Both the position numbers and the translations under genes were made by a program. A stretch of 64,000 nucleotides of DNA. Origin: a virus. Of the stretch, positions 1 to 10,886 are shown piece after piece. Each line of letters opens with the position of its first letter. Within the stretch, counting starts at the first letter, position 1. A model generated the notes under the pieces. That model was not told the origin of the DNA. It saw only the letters and a program-made list of their open reading frames with translations, and ran no database searches. Location of the stretch: the IMG/VR virus record IMGVR_UViG_3300043774_000178, positions 50,091 through 114,090 of that record, one strand, 5' to 3'.

Positions 1-582
1 AGTCCATTTAATAGAAAGGAAACTGAAGAGAAGTTCTTAAAAGTATATCCAGATGCTGTTAAAGTAAGAGACATATATGGGGAAGGTTATATAACTGATA
101 GCTATCTTATTGCACCTGAAGGACACTCAATAGCTAATTATAAAGCTGATAACTTTAACGGTAAAATAATTATGAATTCCTATGATGTACTAGATAGTAG
201 TGGTGCTGTAGTAGGTACATACCGACTACAGAAACAAGAGAATAATAATCAAATGGAAGAAGTTGTTACAGGTGTAGAAGGTAAAGTTATTGACTTCTTT
301 AGTTATGAAAACTATAATGACTTTAACAGAGGAAAAGCTTTTGAGTATACTTCAAAACAAGGTACAGTAATTAAGCTTGCAAACTGGAAAGACATCTTTG
401 GTGCCAAGTTAGCATGGGCTAGATATAAGGACATATGGGATTACAATAGATTTATTCCAAATGAAAATATAGAAAAGATAACTGGTAACCAGCCTGGTGC
501 AAATTTAAGTTCTTATGAAAATAAAAATGCTCCTGATGGACTTCCTCCAATTGATAGAACATCCCCTTCATGTGGAGGGTAA
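1..582 (+). CDS. 3' end of a gene starting upstream of the window (likely large virion/cargo protein)
   Basis: Frame 1 is open from base 1 (SPFNRKETEEKF...) through the 172..582 ORF to TAA; lies directly before a giant ORF. Confidence 0.6.
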   Translation, partial: SPFNRKETEEKFLKVYPDAVKVRDIYGEGYITDSYLIAPEGHSIANYKADNFNGKIIMNSYDVLDSSGAVVGTYRLQKQENNNQMEEVVTGVEGKVIDFFSYENYNDFNRGKAFEYTSKQGTVIKLANWKDIFGAKLAWARYKDIWDYNRFIPNENIEKITGNQPGANLSSYENKNAPDGLPPIDRTSPSCGG

Positions 583-612
583 TTAGTATCTTAGTATAAT
601 AATCTTTAAGAA

Positions 613-3600
613 ATGCCTTGCAGAATACAAATTGAAGAAAAAATAAGGACTCAAGCAGAAGATGCTATCAGACCTTATAGAGGAAGAGACTACATAAAGC
701 TAAGAGTAGAAGCTAGTAACGTAAATAAAAGATATGGTTACCCTGTTGTACAAGTATCACAATGGGAAGCTGACATCTATGATGTAAATGTAAATGTTCC
801 TGAGCCTTTGATTGAAGAGTACTATCAGAATGAACTCAGAAAAGAAGAGGAAGAAGCAAGACAAAGTCAGATAGAAGATGCTGAAAGAGCAGGTGAAATA
901 TATAATGATAGATACCTGTTTGATAATAAACAACTTGTCTTAAAGACAATGGCAGAGCAAGGGGTTGATGACTATGATGAAGTCATGAGATCTCTTAAAG
1001 AAGATAGAATAATGCAAGTAGCCAAACTCCTGGGAGAAAGATTCCAGAAAGCATTTGGTATACCACATGAAGTTATCACAGCAGCACAAGCAAGAGAGTT
1101 ATTAAGAGGTACTAATATACCTTACACAGGTGAGGCAGCATTCTATTATGGGAATGTTATATATGTAGTAGAAGGTAATATGAAACCTAGTGCAATACTT
1201 CATGAGTATGCACACCCTTTTATTCAAGCATTAGAAAAAGATAATCCACAGTTATTTGAAAGATTGTTTTACAATCTAGCTACCTATGATGTAGGTCAAC
1301 AAATCATTCAAGAGATAGAGTCTAAGTACCCTGAGCTTGAAGGAGATACGCAAAGATTTAAACAAGAAGTTTTAGTTACTGCACTTGAGAGAGCAGCACT
1401 AGATAACTTAGCTGAAATAGAAAAGAATGATCCTGACTTTGACAACTTCATTTCTCAGTTATTATATGCTATAAAGAAGATAATAAGAAAGCTTGTAGAT
1501 AAAGTAAACTTAAAAGAGCTTAGTCCTAATACTACAATGGAAGAGCTTGCTGATATGTTTCTTGATCCACAGTTTGTAATTGAAGTTCCTAAGTTCTCAG
1601 AAGATTCCTTTGTATACTTTAAAAAGAATCTTAGTGATTTTACTACACAGCTTCAAGACATAAAGTATGATTCTCTAATTGATACAATTAATAGAGTACA
1701 TCAGGAAGCTAAGTATGAGATTGCAGCAATTAAAGCAGCACCTTTTAGATTAACAAAAGAACTTTCTGGTAAGGATGGTATAAAATTATTAAGAGGTGTA
1801 GAAGGAAGTTTAAAAAACTTTCAGACATATGAAAAAGATCCATCAAAAGCTGATCCTCAAGTAGTAGCTGATGCTATGTTAGACCATACGGAAGAGTTTA
1901 ATAAAAGAGCATTAGCATTGATTAACAGCATGAATGAGATGGAAGTCTTTGCTGAGAATATTGAGAAGGTTCTTGATGAGATGAAAGAAAACAAGGAGCA
2001 CTTTACTTCTGTAGGTATCTCCAAGATAATGTACTTCAAAGATTTTATAGCAAGACAAAGTGAGTTCATAGATGAGATAAAGGAAATATCCGGGCTCAAG
2101 AAAACAAATGAGTTCTATAAGAAACTTAACTCTATTGACAATACACTACAGGGTGCATCAAAACAGATTAAGAGATTACAAAGAGAGTTTGTAACAGACT
2201 TCTTTGGTAAATCTACTAATCTTATGACTACTAATCTGGAAGAAGGTATAAAGGAAAGGATTACTAAGGTATTTAAAGCAGATGGTCTTAGTGATGAGAT
2301 GATTAATGAGTTTTACAAAACAGTAATTAATACTCCAAACGGTAAAACTATTACAATTAAAGATGCAAACTATCCTCTCAATCCTAAGAGAGCTCAGAGA
2401 CTAATCAATGAAGTAAATGAATACTTTGCTAAAAGACTTGGTAAAGAACAGATAGATGATTTTATAGAAGGGAGAAGAGATGACTTAGGTTTCTTTAGTG
2501 CATGGATTACTCCTTATGCAAATATTGATGATCCTCTAGTAGGTTCATTTGCAAACTTTATAAAAAGAGAACTAAAGAAAGCAGAGAATAAAAGTTTAAG
2601 ACAAGCAAATGATATTGCTCAAAGAACTTTTCAGTTACTTAAGGATGTAGGATATAATCCTAATAGTACAGGGCAGCTAGCTAAGATGGTTTTATTTACA
2701 GATAAGGTAGGTACCTTAAATGATAAAGGAGAGTATGAAGAGTTTGAGGTTAGAAGTTTCATGGACAAGTTTAAAAACTGGAGATATGAAAGAGGAAAAC
2801 TTCAGCATGAGTTTGATGAGGCTAGAGAATCTAAAGATAAAGATGCAATTAAAAAAGCTTATGATGCTCTTTTAGAGTTTGATGAGAAGTACATGCATAG
2901 AAGGTATAAGAAAGAGTACTATGATTTACAAAAGATTTGGAAAGAAGGAGCAAGAGTAATTGACCCCTTTACAAAGGAAGAGATAGTTGTTTCTAAAGAA
3001 GATGCATTTCAGGCATGGTTAGAAAGACAAACAGCACTAGATAAGTTATCAGTTGTAAAGAATGTACACTTTACTGAGTTAGAAGATGTAGAAGGTTTCT
3101 CAATGGCTGATGCAGCTAATGCTGAATACCAAAGATTATTTGATGTATATAATCCAGACAATACACCTAAGACTGGTGAAGAGCTTAGAAAAACTTTATT
3201 AAGAAGATTCTACAGATCTGAATCAAGAAAGTTCTATGAGTATCCTATAAGTATGGATAGAGTACAGCAAGATCTAGATAACTTTATAATTAAACTTGCT
3301 GGTGAAGGCATCACATTAGAAAACAATGAAGAAAAGTTTAATGAAAAACTTGAGAAGTTTATAAGCGTAAACTTCAGAACAGCATATACAGATGAGTACT
3401 ATTCTGAAAAAAGAAGAATACTATCTGATATTAGAGCAATCAACAATAGAGCAAAAGCTAATCAAGATATTCTAGATAAAAGAGAAGACTTAAGTAAACA
3501 GTTATTTGAGTTAGTAAATCTTGTACTTGATAAGAATGGTCAACCTAATGGTATTGAGTTTACTCCTGAGCAGATAAAAAGAGTTAAGACACTAGAAGAA

Positions 3601-6474
3601 GAAATAGCTACTATTGATGCTCTGTATGATAAGAAGAGTGGATTAGCATTTGATGACTTAGATAGATACAGAAAGTATGAGTATAAGCTTGCTAATAACA
3701 AAAGTCTAACTGAATCAGAAGAAATAGATTATCAGAATTTATTAAAAGCAAAGAATGAATTTGGTCTAAGTGCTGTTGAAAAAGCTAGTTTAGATGCTTT
3801 GTGGATTGAGTATAGGGGATTAGCTCAGAAACAACCTACTGAATATTACTTAGAAGCATTTGAGTATGCACTAGGTGGTTTAAATGTAGATCCGATTACT
3901 ATGGATAATGCTGATGAATGGATCAATGGTCCAGAAGTAATAAAAGCATTAGCTGAAAATCCTAAGTTTAAAAACTGGTTTCTTAGAAATCATATTGTTA
4001 AAGAAGTATTTGATGCCTCTGTTTCTGAAATGGTGCCTAAATATTTTAGAACATCTGTTTGGAGTGTATCAAGACCTTCCTCAGAAAGTAGTTACAAGAA
4101 AACAACTTTGGTACATCCTGTAACTGGAGAACCTTTAGTTATTCCTGGAGTACCTGCTGGTAAATACTCATATCAAAAAATAAAAGATCAGTATCTAACA
4201 ATTCCTAAAGGTTCAGATAAAAAACAATATGTAGGAAAAATCATAGATAACATGGGTAACTTTCTACCTAGAGAGTATAACCCTAATGATCCTGATTCTG
4301 CATATGATAAAGCTTTTATTAACGAAGAGTATGAAGCTCTAGATAAAAATAGCTCTCAGTTTAAACTTCTTGAAGAACTTAAAAAGATATTCTTAGAAAT
4401 TCAAGAGGAGACAACTAATTCAACTAAACTGTATTTAGATCTTCCTAGGATGAGGATGGTATCTAATTTAGAGTATGTTCAATCTGGTCAAGGAAGGGAA
4501 GACTTTAAAACTAAGTTAGAGGGAGTTACATCTGTCATAAAGGCAATGGCAGGTAAAGATAGAGCTGCTGATGCTGCAGAAGATGGATTTAATGCTGATG
4601 TTGAAAGACAGTATTTAATAACTACTGATATGCAAGGTAAACCTCTCAGCAGAATTCCTGTAAGAGGTTTGTATAAACTCAAAACAAGTGAAGCTTCTCA
4701 AGATGTATTAAAAGTACTTTATGATTATTTATACTCTATAAATGAGAGCTCAGCATTAAGAGAATCAGAACCATTGGTAAATGCAGTTAGTGATGTATTA
4801 AATGATCCAGCTAATGCTATCAAGAAAATGGATGGTATTAGTAAGCAAATTAGAAAAGCTACTGGTAAACTTCAGTTTATTCCTAAAGGTAAGGGTAATC
4901 TTAGAGCTCAATCTATTGATTATCTTATAGATAAAGTATACTACGGTCAAGGAAATGATACTCTTACAGAAGAGAATCCATTACTTGCTAAGTTTAGTAA
5001 CTTCTTAATGAGAGCTGCAAGTAGATCTTTCATTGCATTAGATGTACCATCTGCACTTAAAAACAGATTTGGTATGATCTTCCAAAGTCTTATTGAAACT
5101 GCTGGTGGAAAGTTTGTTACACCTATGACTCTAGCTAAAGGTAGAGCAAAGTCTTTTACTACAATAGTTGAGTTAAGTTCTAAAGGTATCTATGATAGAG
5201 GACCAAAAAGTCTTGACTTACAGATTATGGAATACTTTGATCCTATAACCGGTAAGACTAAGAAAGACTTTGGTAAATCTTCTTCTAGAACTTTTATGAA
5301 AGATATGATGGACTTCAGTTTTCTATATGACTTTAGAAGACTAGCTGAAGTTGAAGCATCGTTACAAGTATTCTGGGGGATGATGTACCATAAAAAGGTA
5401 ACTCAAGTACAAGCAGATGGTACAGAAAAACAATTAGACTACGCTGATGCATTTGAACTTGATCCAGAGACTAAGCAAATAAAACTTAAAGAAGGTATTG
5501 ATCCTGAGTTTGCTCCATATGAAGTAAACCATACATTCACAGAAGGAGATACTATGAGTAGTATAGCTAAGAAGTATGGGATTACAGAAGATGACTTAGC
5601 AGCTAGAATAAGAAGAGATGATCTTTCTGATGTAGAACCAGGAACAACTTTAGAAATAGGTAAGAGTACCAAGTTTTTAGATTTCCAACAACAGGTTACT
5701 AATATAGGTAAGATGTTGAATGGTCAGGTAAACTCACTTGATAGTTCACAAGCAGATAAGTTTCTTCTCTATAGACTCTTCACCTTCTATAAGAAGTTTG
5801 CTACAGGTATGTTCCTAAATAGATTCCAAGCAGACCTAGCTAAAGATAATAGATGGGGTCATGTATATAACTGGGATTTAGGTACTACCTCAAAAGGTTA
5901 TTATATATCTGCATACCAAGGTATATATAAAACTCTAAGAGATTGGGGAGCTTACTATCCTATGATGACAGATGAAGAAAAGATAGCTATTAGAAAAGTT
6001 GTTACTGAAATTGCTGGAGTAATTGTACTAGGACTAGCTATAGGAATGTTATTTGGATATGATAAAGGAGATGAAGAAAGGTTTGAGAAAATGAGACTCC
6101 GTAATGAGAAGTATGGAGAACTAGGTGGTAAAATCACTAATCATATTCTCTATCAGTTAATGATGGTTAAGCAGGAGAATGAGGCCTTTGTACCAATACT
6201 AGGTACATCAGAGATGGTTAAGTATGGAGATAAGACATCAATTGTATTTGGACCTACCATCAATCTCTATGTTAAAATACTAGCTGACTTATGGAATACT
6301 GCTACAGGAAATCCTAAAGCACTTTATAGAAATGATGCTGGACCATATCCTTGGCAAGAAGAAGGTAGATATAAACTATGGAACCACTTGTTCTCATTGT
6401 ATGGTATTAAAGGTAAAACTTATGATCCTATACATGCTATCAAATCAGCTGAGACATTCCAAAATCTGAAGTAA
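613..6474 (+). CDS. Giant (1953 aa) crAss-like virion/cargo protein with N-terminal zincin-like metallopeptidase motif and a LysM-like domain
   Basis: ILHEYAHPF (HExxH) at about aa 195-203; HTFTEGDTMSSIAKKYGITEDDL...VEPGTTLEI LysM-like segment at ~5520-5660; size and position typical of Crassvirales cargo proteins. Confidence 0.7.
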   Translation: MPCRIQIEEKIRTQAEDAIRPYRGRDYIKLRVEASNVNKRYGYPVVQVSQWEADIYDVNVNVPEPLIEEYYQNELRKEEEEARQSQIEDAERAGEIYNDRYLFDNKQLVLKTMAEQGVDDYDEVMRSLKEDRIMQVAKLLGERFQKAFGIPHEVITAAQARELLRGTNIPYTGEAAFYYGNVIYVVEGNMKPSAILHEYAHPFIQALEKDNPQLFERLFYNLATYDVGQQIIQEIESKYPELEGDTQRFKQEVLVTALERAALDNLAEIEKNDPDFDNFISQLLYAIKKIIRKLVDKVNLKELSPNTTMEELADMFLDPQFVIEVPKFSEDSFVYFKKNLSDFTTQLQDIKYDSLIDTINRVHQEAKYEIAAIKAAPFRLTKELSGKDGIKLLRGVEGSLKNFQTYEKDPSKADPQVVADAMLDHTEEFNKRALALINSMNEMEVFAENIEKVLDEMKENKEHFTSVGISKIMYFKDFIARQSEFIDEIKEISGLKKTNEFYKKLNSIDNTLQGASKQIKRLQREFVTDFFGKSTNLMTTNLEEGIKERITKVFKADGLSDEMINEFYKTVINTPNGKTITIKDANYPLNPKRAQRLINEVNEYFAKRLGKEQIDDFIEGRRDDLGFFSAWITPYANIDDPLVGSFANFIKRELKKAENKSLRQANDIAQRTFQLLKDVGYNPNSTGQLAKMVLFTDKVGTLNDKGEYEEFEVRSFMDKFKNWRYERGKLQHEFDEARESKDKDAIKKAYDALLEFDEKYMHRRYKKEYYDLQKIWKEGARVIDPFTKEEIVVSKEDAFQAWLERQTALDKLSVVKNVHFTELEDVEGFSMADAANAEYQRLFDVYNPDNTPKTGEELRKTLLRRFYRSESRKFYEYPISMDRVQQDLDNFIIKLAGEGITLENNEEKFNEKLEKFISVNFRTAYTDEYYSEKRRILSDIRAINNRAKANQDILDKREDLSKQLFELVNLVLDKNGQPNGIEFTPEQIKRVKTLEEEIATIDALYDKKSGLAFDDLDRYRKYEYKLANNKSLTESEEIDYQNLLKAKNEFGLSAVEKASLDALWIEYRGLAQKQPTEYYLEAFEYALGGLNVDPITMDNADEWINGPEVIKALAENPKFKNWFLRNHIVKEVFDASVSEMVPKYFRTSVWSVSRPSSESSYKKTTLVHPVTGEPLVIPGVPAGKYSYQKIKDQYLTIPKGSDKKQYVGKIIDNMGNFLPREYNPNDPDSAYDKAFINEEYEALDKNSSQFKLLEELKKIFLEIQEETTNSTKLYLDLPRMRMVSNLEYVQSGQGREDFKTKLEGVTSVIKAMAGKDRAADAAEDGFNADVERQYLITTDMQGKPLSRIPVRGLYKLKTSEASQDVLKVLYDYLYSINESSALRESEPLVNAVSDVLNDPANAIKKMDGISKQIRKATGKLQFIPKGKGNLRAQSIDYLIDKVYYGQGNDTLTEENPLLAKFSNFLMRAASRSFIALDVPSALKNRFGMIFQSLIETAGGKFVTPMTLAKGRAKSFTTIVELSSKGIYDRGPKSLDLQIMEYFDPITGKTKKDFGKSSSRTFMKDMMDFSFLYDFRRLAEVEASLQVFWGMMYHKKVTQVQADGTEKQLDYADAFELDPETKQIKLKEGIDPEFAPYEVNHTFTEGDTMSSIAKKYGITEDDLAARIRRDDLSDVEPGTTLEIGKSTKFLDFQQQVTNIGKMLNGQVNSLDSSQADKFLLYRLFTFYKKFATGMFLNRFQADLAKDNRWGHVYNWDLGTTSKGYYISAYQGIYKTLRDWGAYYPMMTDEEKIAIRKVVTEIAGVIVLGLAIGMLFGYDKGDEERFEKMRLRNEKYGELGGKITNHILYQLMMVKQENEAFVPILGTSEMVKYGDKTSIVFGPTINLYVKILADLWNTATGNPKALYRNDAGPYPWQEEGRYKLWNHLFSLYGIKGKTYDPIHAIKSAETFQNLK

Positions 6475-6508
6475 AAAAAAAGGGGAGCTCAATTAAGAAC
6501 TCCCCTTT
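6475..6508. terminator. Likely bidirectional intrinsic terminator between convergent gene blocks
   Basis: A-tract then AGGGGAG...CTCCCCT hairpin then TTT, between + and - operons. Confidence 0.75.
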
Positions 6509-6538
6509 AAACTTTAATCATTTATAAACTACACAAGT

Positions 6539-6712
6539 TTATTCTCCTTTTACAAACTTCAGTGCATCAATGAATTTGTCAACATCTTCAATGTGTACTG
6601 TGTTATCTCTTTTATCTACTTGGTTTTCACCACCTACAGTAATATATAATTCTGAATCTTCATAATCAATAGATACTGTAGTACCATTTGCATCTGTAAA
6701 TACTATTGTCAT
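6539..6712 (-). CDS. Small hypothetical protein (57 aa)
   Basis: MTIVFTDANGTTVSIDYEDSELY...; ATG overlaps upstream stop; below ORF-track cutoff. Confidence 0.55.
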   Translation of the reverse strand: MTIVFTDANGTTVSIDYEDSELYITVGGENQVDKRDNTVHIEDVDKFIDALKFVKGE

Positions 6713-7086
6713 AAGAATTGATTTAAGTTTGGTCTAAAATAGTTTGGACCTTTAGTTATCTTTCCATCTGCTCTCAAGATAGGTTTTCCATCTTCTCCAA
6801 GTTTACTCATATTACTGGAATGGATCTCATCAAATACGTCCTCAATTATGTGATGCATTCCGTGTTTTAGGATTGTACCACATAGGATATATAACATATC
6901 TCCTAGAGCATCAGCAATTTCTTCAAGAGATTGTTTAGCACATGCTTCTAAATACTCACCATTCTCTTCATCCATTAATCTGTATCTTAGTTGACTTTCA
7001 GGCCACTTAATTTTATCTGGAGTTTTTCCATTCTCTTGTCCAAAAGCATTATGGAATTCTTCTACTTTCTCAATTTGTTTTTTCAT
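6709..7086 (-). CDS. MazG-like / PRA-PH-family NTP pyrophosphohydrolase
   Basis: VEEFHNAFG, EENGEY, EIADALGDMLYI, EIHSSNMSK, DGKITKGPNYFRP motifs. Confidence 0.85.
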   Translation of the reverse strand: MKKQIEKVEEFHNAFGQENGKTPDKIKWPESQLRYRLMDEENGEYLEACAKQSLEEIADALGDMLYILCGTILKHGMHHIIEDVFDEIHSSNMSKLGEDGKPILRADGKITKGPNYFRPNLNQFL

Positions 7087-7156
7087 GGTGCGAATTTAAA
7101 AAAAAATAGGAGAGACTACAAGAGCCCCTCCTATTATGCTAACCTAACTGCAATGG

Positions 7157-8413
7157 TTATAAGAATAAATTAGACCCGTTAGAGTCATCATCATCTTTAA
7201 AATCTAAATCAAAATCAAAGAAGTCAGTATCTTTTTTTTCTTCTTCAAGTTTCAGTTCATTCTCCATAGCTACATGATCTTCAGGAGTAGGAGTTATTGA
7301 ATCACCTTCCCAAGCAAATGGTTCTTGCTCTTCAGTAACTTCTGTTTCCCATACTATAGCTTCTAGAACTTTAGTATCTTCTTCAACTTTTTCTATCATA
7401 GCCTCCTCATGAACTTCTACAAATGTTTTATCTTCAGGGATAACTATAGAAACTTCACTAGCAATAACATCATCTTCATATTCACCATCCTCAAGATCTT
7501 CCATAAATGCTTCCCGCATCATTTCAAAATCTTCATCCATACCAATAAATGCATCAGATACTTTAGGATCTGTTACTTCTGCTGACTGAGCATTTGTAAT
7601 TTCTTCTATCTGATCTAGTATATTTGTTTGACCTGGATATGCATACAAAGGATCTATTGGTAAAACCACATCTCCTACTACAGAAACAGATACACCTGGG
7701 GTATCTAATTCTTCTGTAAGTACAAAGTGCAATACTCTCTGATCCTCCATCCACGTTCTAGGATGAGATTGTTGCAAAGCTAGAGTAACATGATTATAGA
7801 ATGCCCATAGGGTATTCTTACCACCATTATAGAAAAAGCTAGGTTTAGTCATCTGATTCCTTACAAAGCTAGCTTGCTCAGTATTAAGTACCTCATACTC
7901 AGCAAATAGGATACCTAGTATCTCAGCTTGTCTTCTATCAGTAAGTTGGATAGACTTCATTTCATTCTTTGCATCTACTAACTGATCATAATACATCATA
8001 GCATTAGTAATCTGAGCTTGCATACTTGCAATTGTATCAGCATCTGCAGAACCAGTATGCTTACGATTATAGCTACCCATATCACCTGAAATCATAACTG
8101 CACCACTAGCATTTATATAAGTACCAATAGCACATTTAAACCTCATTTGTTTATTATAACTGTTTGCCCATGCAAACATCAATGACAACTCGGGATCACT
8201 ATTATACTCTAACTTGTATATACCCTGTGCAATTTGTCCATCATGAGTACATCTGTACTCTTCTTCTACAATTCCAAAACCTTGACTAGTAAGCTCTTGA
8301 AAAGCATAGTCAATAATAGATTCATGAGATATAACAGTGTAAGTGTCCGCATGATTAGGTAGCGGAACATTTACAATATAATCTCTAGTTACGTTTTTAA
8401 TTTTTCTTGGCAT
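7157..8413 (-). CDS. DUF932-like domain protein with long acidic C-terminal tail
   Basis: TYTVISH, WANSYNKQM, RKHTG, TLWAFYNHVTLAL; D/E-rich last ~150 aa. Confidence 0.6.
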   Translation of the reverse strand: MPRKIKNVTRDYIVNVPLPNHADTYTVISHESIIDYAFQELTSQGFGIVEEEYRCTHDGQIAQGIYKLEYNSDPELSLMFAWANSYNKQMRFKCAIGTYINASGAVMISGDMGSYNRKHTGSADADTIASMQAQITNAMMYYDQLVDAKNEMKSIQLTDRRQAEILGILFAEYEVLNTEQASFVRNQMTKPSFFYNGGKNTLWAFYNHVTLALQQSHPRTWMEDQRVLHFVLTEELDTPGVSVSVVGDVVLPIDPLYAYPGQTNILDQIEEITNAQSAEVTDPKVSDAFIGMDEDFEMMREAFMEDLEDGEYEDDVIASEVSIVIPEDKTFVEVHEEAMIEKVEEDTKVLEAIVWETEVTEEQEPFAWEGDSITPTPEDHVAMENELKLEEEKKDTDFFDFDLDFKDDDDSNGSNLFL

Positions 8414-10410
8414 TAGAATAAACTTAATTGTGATTTATTTGGTTCTAGATTATGTATCTCTTTCATAATCTTTTCTAAATAGAATTCATAGTTCAAATCA
8501 TATTCACCTATATCTTTCTTGACATAATCAATAAAGAGAGTCTGCAACCACTTACCAGCAACAACCTGAGTAGTTCTCTTATCCAGATAATTATACTTTA
8601 TAATCTTAGAGCCCTTGTTAGATACATAGTACCTAATAGTATTCTGCAGTTTATCTTTCTTATGTACGTGATTTACAACATATTCCTGATTAAACTGCCA
8701 GTCACCCTTTATCTTTTTACCTGCACAGAAGTCATAGATATTTCTCTGATTAGCTAAAAACTCTATAGGATCAACACCATGAACAAAATAATAGAAGATA
8801 GCTTTAGGAATAACTAAAAAGCTTTTGTTCTTGTGTAATGCTAGACCGTGGAATTCAAATCTACCTTTACACTTTACTGCATTGTAATAATACTTTTTAT
8901 CATCAGTCTTATAGAATACATAATGAGGATTATCTTTCTTGATTCCTCTTAATGTTTCTAAATCAACTTCTTTAGGAGTATTTACAGCTATGTAGTTATT
9001 CACATCACCAATAATCATTTTATCATAGGTATCATGCTCTAGTTCTAGATTAGTAATCTGTTCCCATTCTTTACAGATCTCATAGTATTTATCTTCATAC
9101 TCTCTTGGGATCATAGTCTCAAGACCATCAGTATTCTGCATCAACGGAATAGCACCAGGAATCCTTTCACTTACCATCTCATACAGTAATGCTAGACTAA
9201 GTTGACCATTAATAGTAATCCTCATAGTAAACTCAGGATCATATAGAAAACTGTTCTCATCATTACTAAGACCATAAGTAGAATTCAGAATAATCTTGTA
9301 TACATAATTTCTGACATCTTTCTTACTGATCTTTCTTCTCTCATTAAAGAACCATTCATACTGCTCACAGAAATCTTCTTTAGGTAAATGTGCAGGAGAC
9401 CATCTGTTTCTAATAGCAAGATTAGGATAGAAACTTACAACATCTGATGTCATAATTATTACATCCTTATCTGACTTATAGATACCAGCTTTCCTAGCAC
9501 CATGAATACCACCTAATCCAAAGTCTGTCTTAACTCCTTTGTACTGTATTGAATATTTAAAGCCACCTTTAGTCTGATCAGGATATACTATTATCTCCCG
9601 GAATCTACTAATTAGTTTTTGAAAGGTAGCTGTTTTGAAATCAAGATAGTCAAGTAGTATATCTTTTACATGTATCTCTGTTCTCCTAGTTCTAAGTTGT
9701 CTTATCTCATTTTTCTTATAGCCCATTTTCTGACTCAAGAAATGAAGAAACAAGTCTTTAGATATCTTAGTTTCAGAAGCACTGAAAAGATTAATGTTAT
9801 ACTCTTCTGTAAGTGTCTTACGTAAAGCAATCTGACTCTTACTAAGTTGCATAATTTTCTTAGTAGAGTTAACATCATTCTTACAATACTTGATTATCTC
9901 TTTTATCTGATCAAGAGTTTTTATCTCAGTACTATGATGAATAGGCATATCAACTATGTTGTCCCAGTCCATTGTGTACTGTATCCACTTTAATGAACTT
10001 CTCTTAGCTGCATTATCCCAGTGATTAAGTTTGAATACATCTACCTGGTTAATTTGAATATCCCAAGGATTAAATTCCAGAAACTTATCTTCATTCTGTC
10101 TTTGAATAATATCTTGAGCTTTTCCATATATCCATCTAGCTACTTCTTCTGGATTCATATGTACTAGTTGCTCATGACTTCTAAGAATGTATTCAGTTAT
10201 CTGACTATCAAACCCTAGTCCATTAAAGCTTACATGCCACTCATCTAGTTCTATATTTCTGATAAGAAATTCTATCAGTTTTTCTGTGTCATTTTGAAGC
10301 CTATGTATTACAAAAACTTCTGTATCATCTGTTTTAATATCCTGAAACACAGCAACAAAGCAGTTGCTCAAAGTTTCATAGTCCATGACGTAATGTGTAC
10401 GTTGATGCAT
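8413..10410 (-). CDS. polB: DNA polymerase family B with 3'-5' exonuclease
   Basis: Exo motifs DYE, FNGLGFD, YCKND; polymerase motifs DVVSFYPN, KIILNSTYG, NTDG. Confidence 0.92.
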   Translation of the reverse strand: MHQRTHYVMDYETLSNCFVAVFQDIKTDDTEVFVIHRLQNDTEKLIEFLIRNIELDEWHVSFNGLGFDSQITEYILRSHEQLVHMNPEEVARWIYGKAQDIIQRQNEDKFLEFNPWDIQINQVDVFKLNHWDNAAKRSSLKWIQYTMDWDNIVDMPIHHSTEIKTLDQIKEIIKYCKNDVNSTKKIMQLSKSQIALRKTLTEEYNINLFSASETKISKDLFLHFLSQKMGYKKNEIRQLRTRRTEIHVKDILLDYLDFKTATFQKLISRFREIIVYPDQTKGGFKYSIQYKGVKTDFGLGGIHGARKAGIYKSDKDVIIMTSDVVSFYPNLAIRNRWSPAHLPKEDFCEQYEWFFNERRKISKKDVRNYVYKIILNSTYGLSNDENSFLYDPEFTMRITINGQLSLALLYEMVSERIPGAIPLMQNTDGLETMIPREYEDKYYEICKEWEQITNLELEHDTYDKMIIGDVNNYIAVNTPKEVDLETLRGIKKDNPHYVFYKTDDKKYYYNAVKCKGRFEFHGLALHKNKSFLVIPKAIFYYFVHGVDPIEFLANQRNIYDFCAGKKIKGDWQFNQEYVVNHVHKKDKLQNTIRYYVSNKGSKIIKYNYLDKRTTQVVAGKWLQTLFIDYVKKDIGEYDLNYEFYLEKIMKEIHNLEPNKSQLSLF

Positions 10411-10483
10411 GATATATAGTTTTATTATATAAGAAAGGGAGAGCTACCGCATAACCCTCCCTTGTCTTATTTTGACAGAGTAA

Positions 10484-10858
10484 TTACTTTTTCATAAAGG
10501 ACTCGAAGTCAAACTCCTTACAGTTTACCCCAAAAGTAGTAACAAGTCCTTTAATAGCCTCATGATCTTCAAGATAGAATTCTTGAAAGGTTTCAATGGT
10601 TCTTCTTTCTTCTTTAACTGATCTTCCATTTGGTCTTTTAGTTTTAAGAGGAGCAGGATCACCATTATCATCTAGCTTAGGAAGCATGTGTAAAGTTGTC
10701 TTAGTAATCCTACTAATAACAACAAATACTTTTGTTCCTGGATCCCATATACATTCTACATATGGACAATCCATTGATAAAGGAATCATTCTAAATGTTT
10801 GGTCTTCATTCCAAGAAGACTTAACTAGGAGCATATTGCCTCCAATGTTTGAACTCAT
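10484..10858 (-). CDS. Hypothetical phage protein
   Basis: 124-aa ORF in operon, followed by terminator-like hairpin. Confidence 0.7.
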   Translation of the reverse strand: MSSNIGGNMLLVKSSWNEDQTFRMIPLSMDCPYVECIWDPGTKVFVVISRITKTTLHMLPKLDDNGDPAPLKTKRPNGRSVKEERRTIETFQEFYLEDHEAIKGLVTTFGVNCKEFDFESFMKK

Positions 10859-10886
10859 AATTGTTGGTTTTTTTAATGTTTACAAA

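Noticed and set aside
1857-6137. Short antisense ORFs inside long genes (also throughout the window)
   Set aside because: Shadow ORFs opposite well-supported genes, with no motifs
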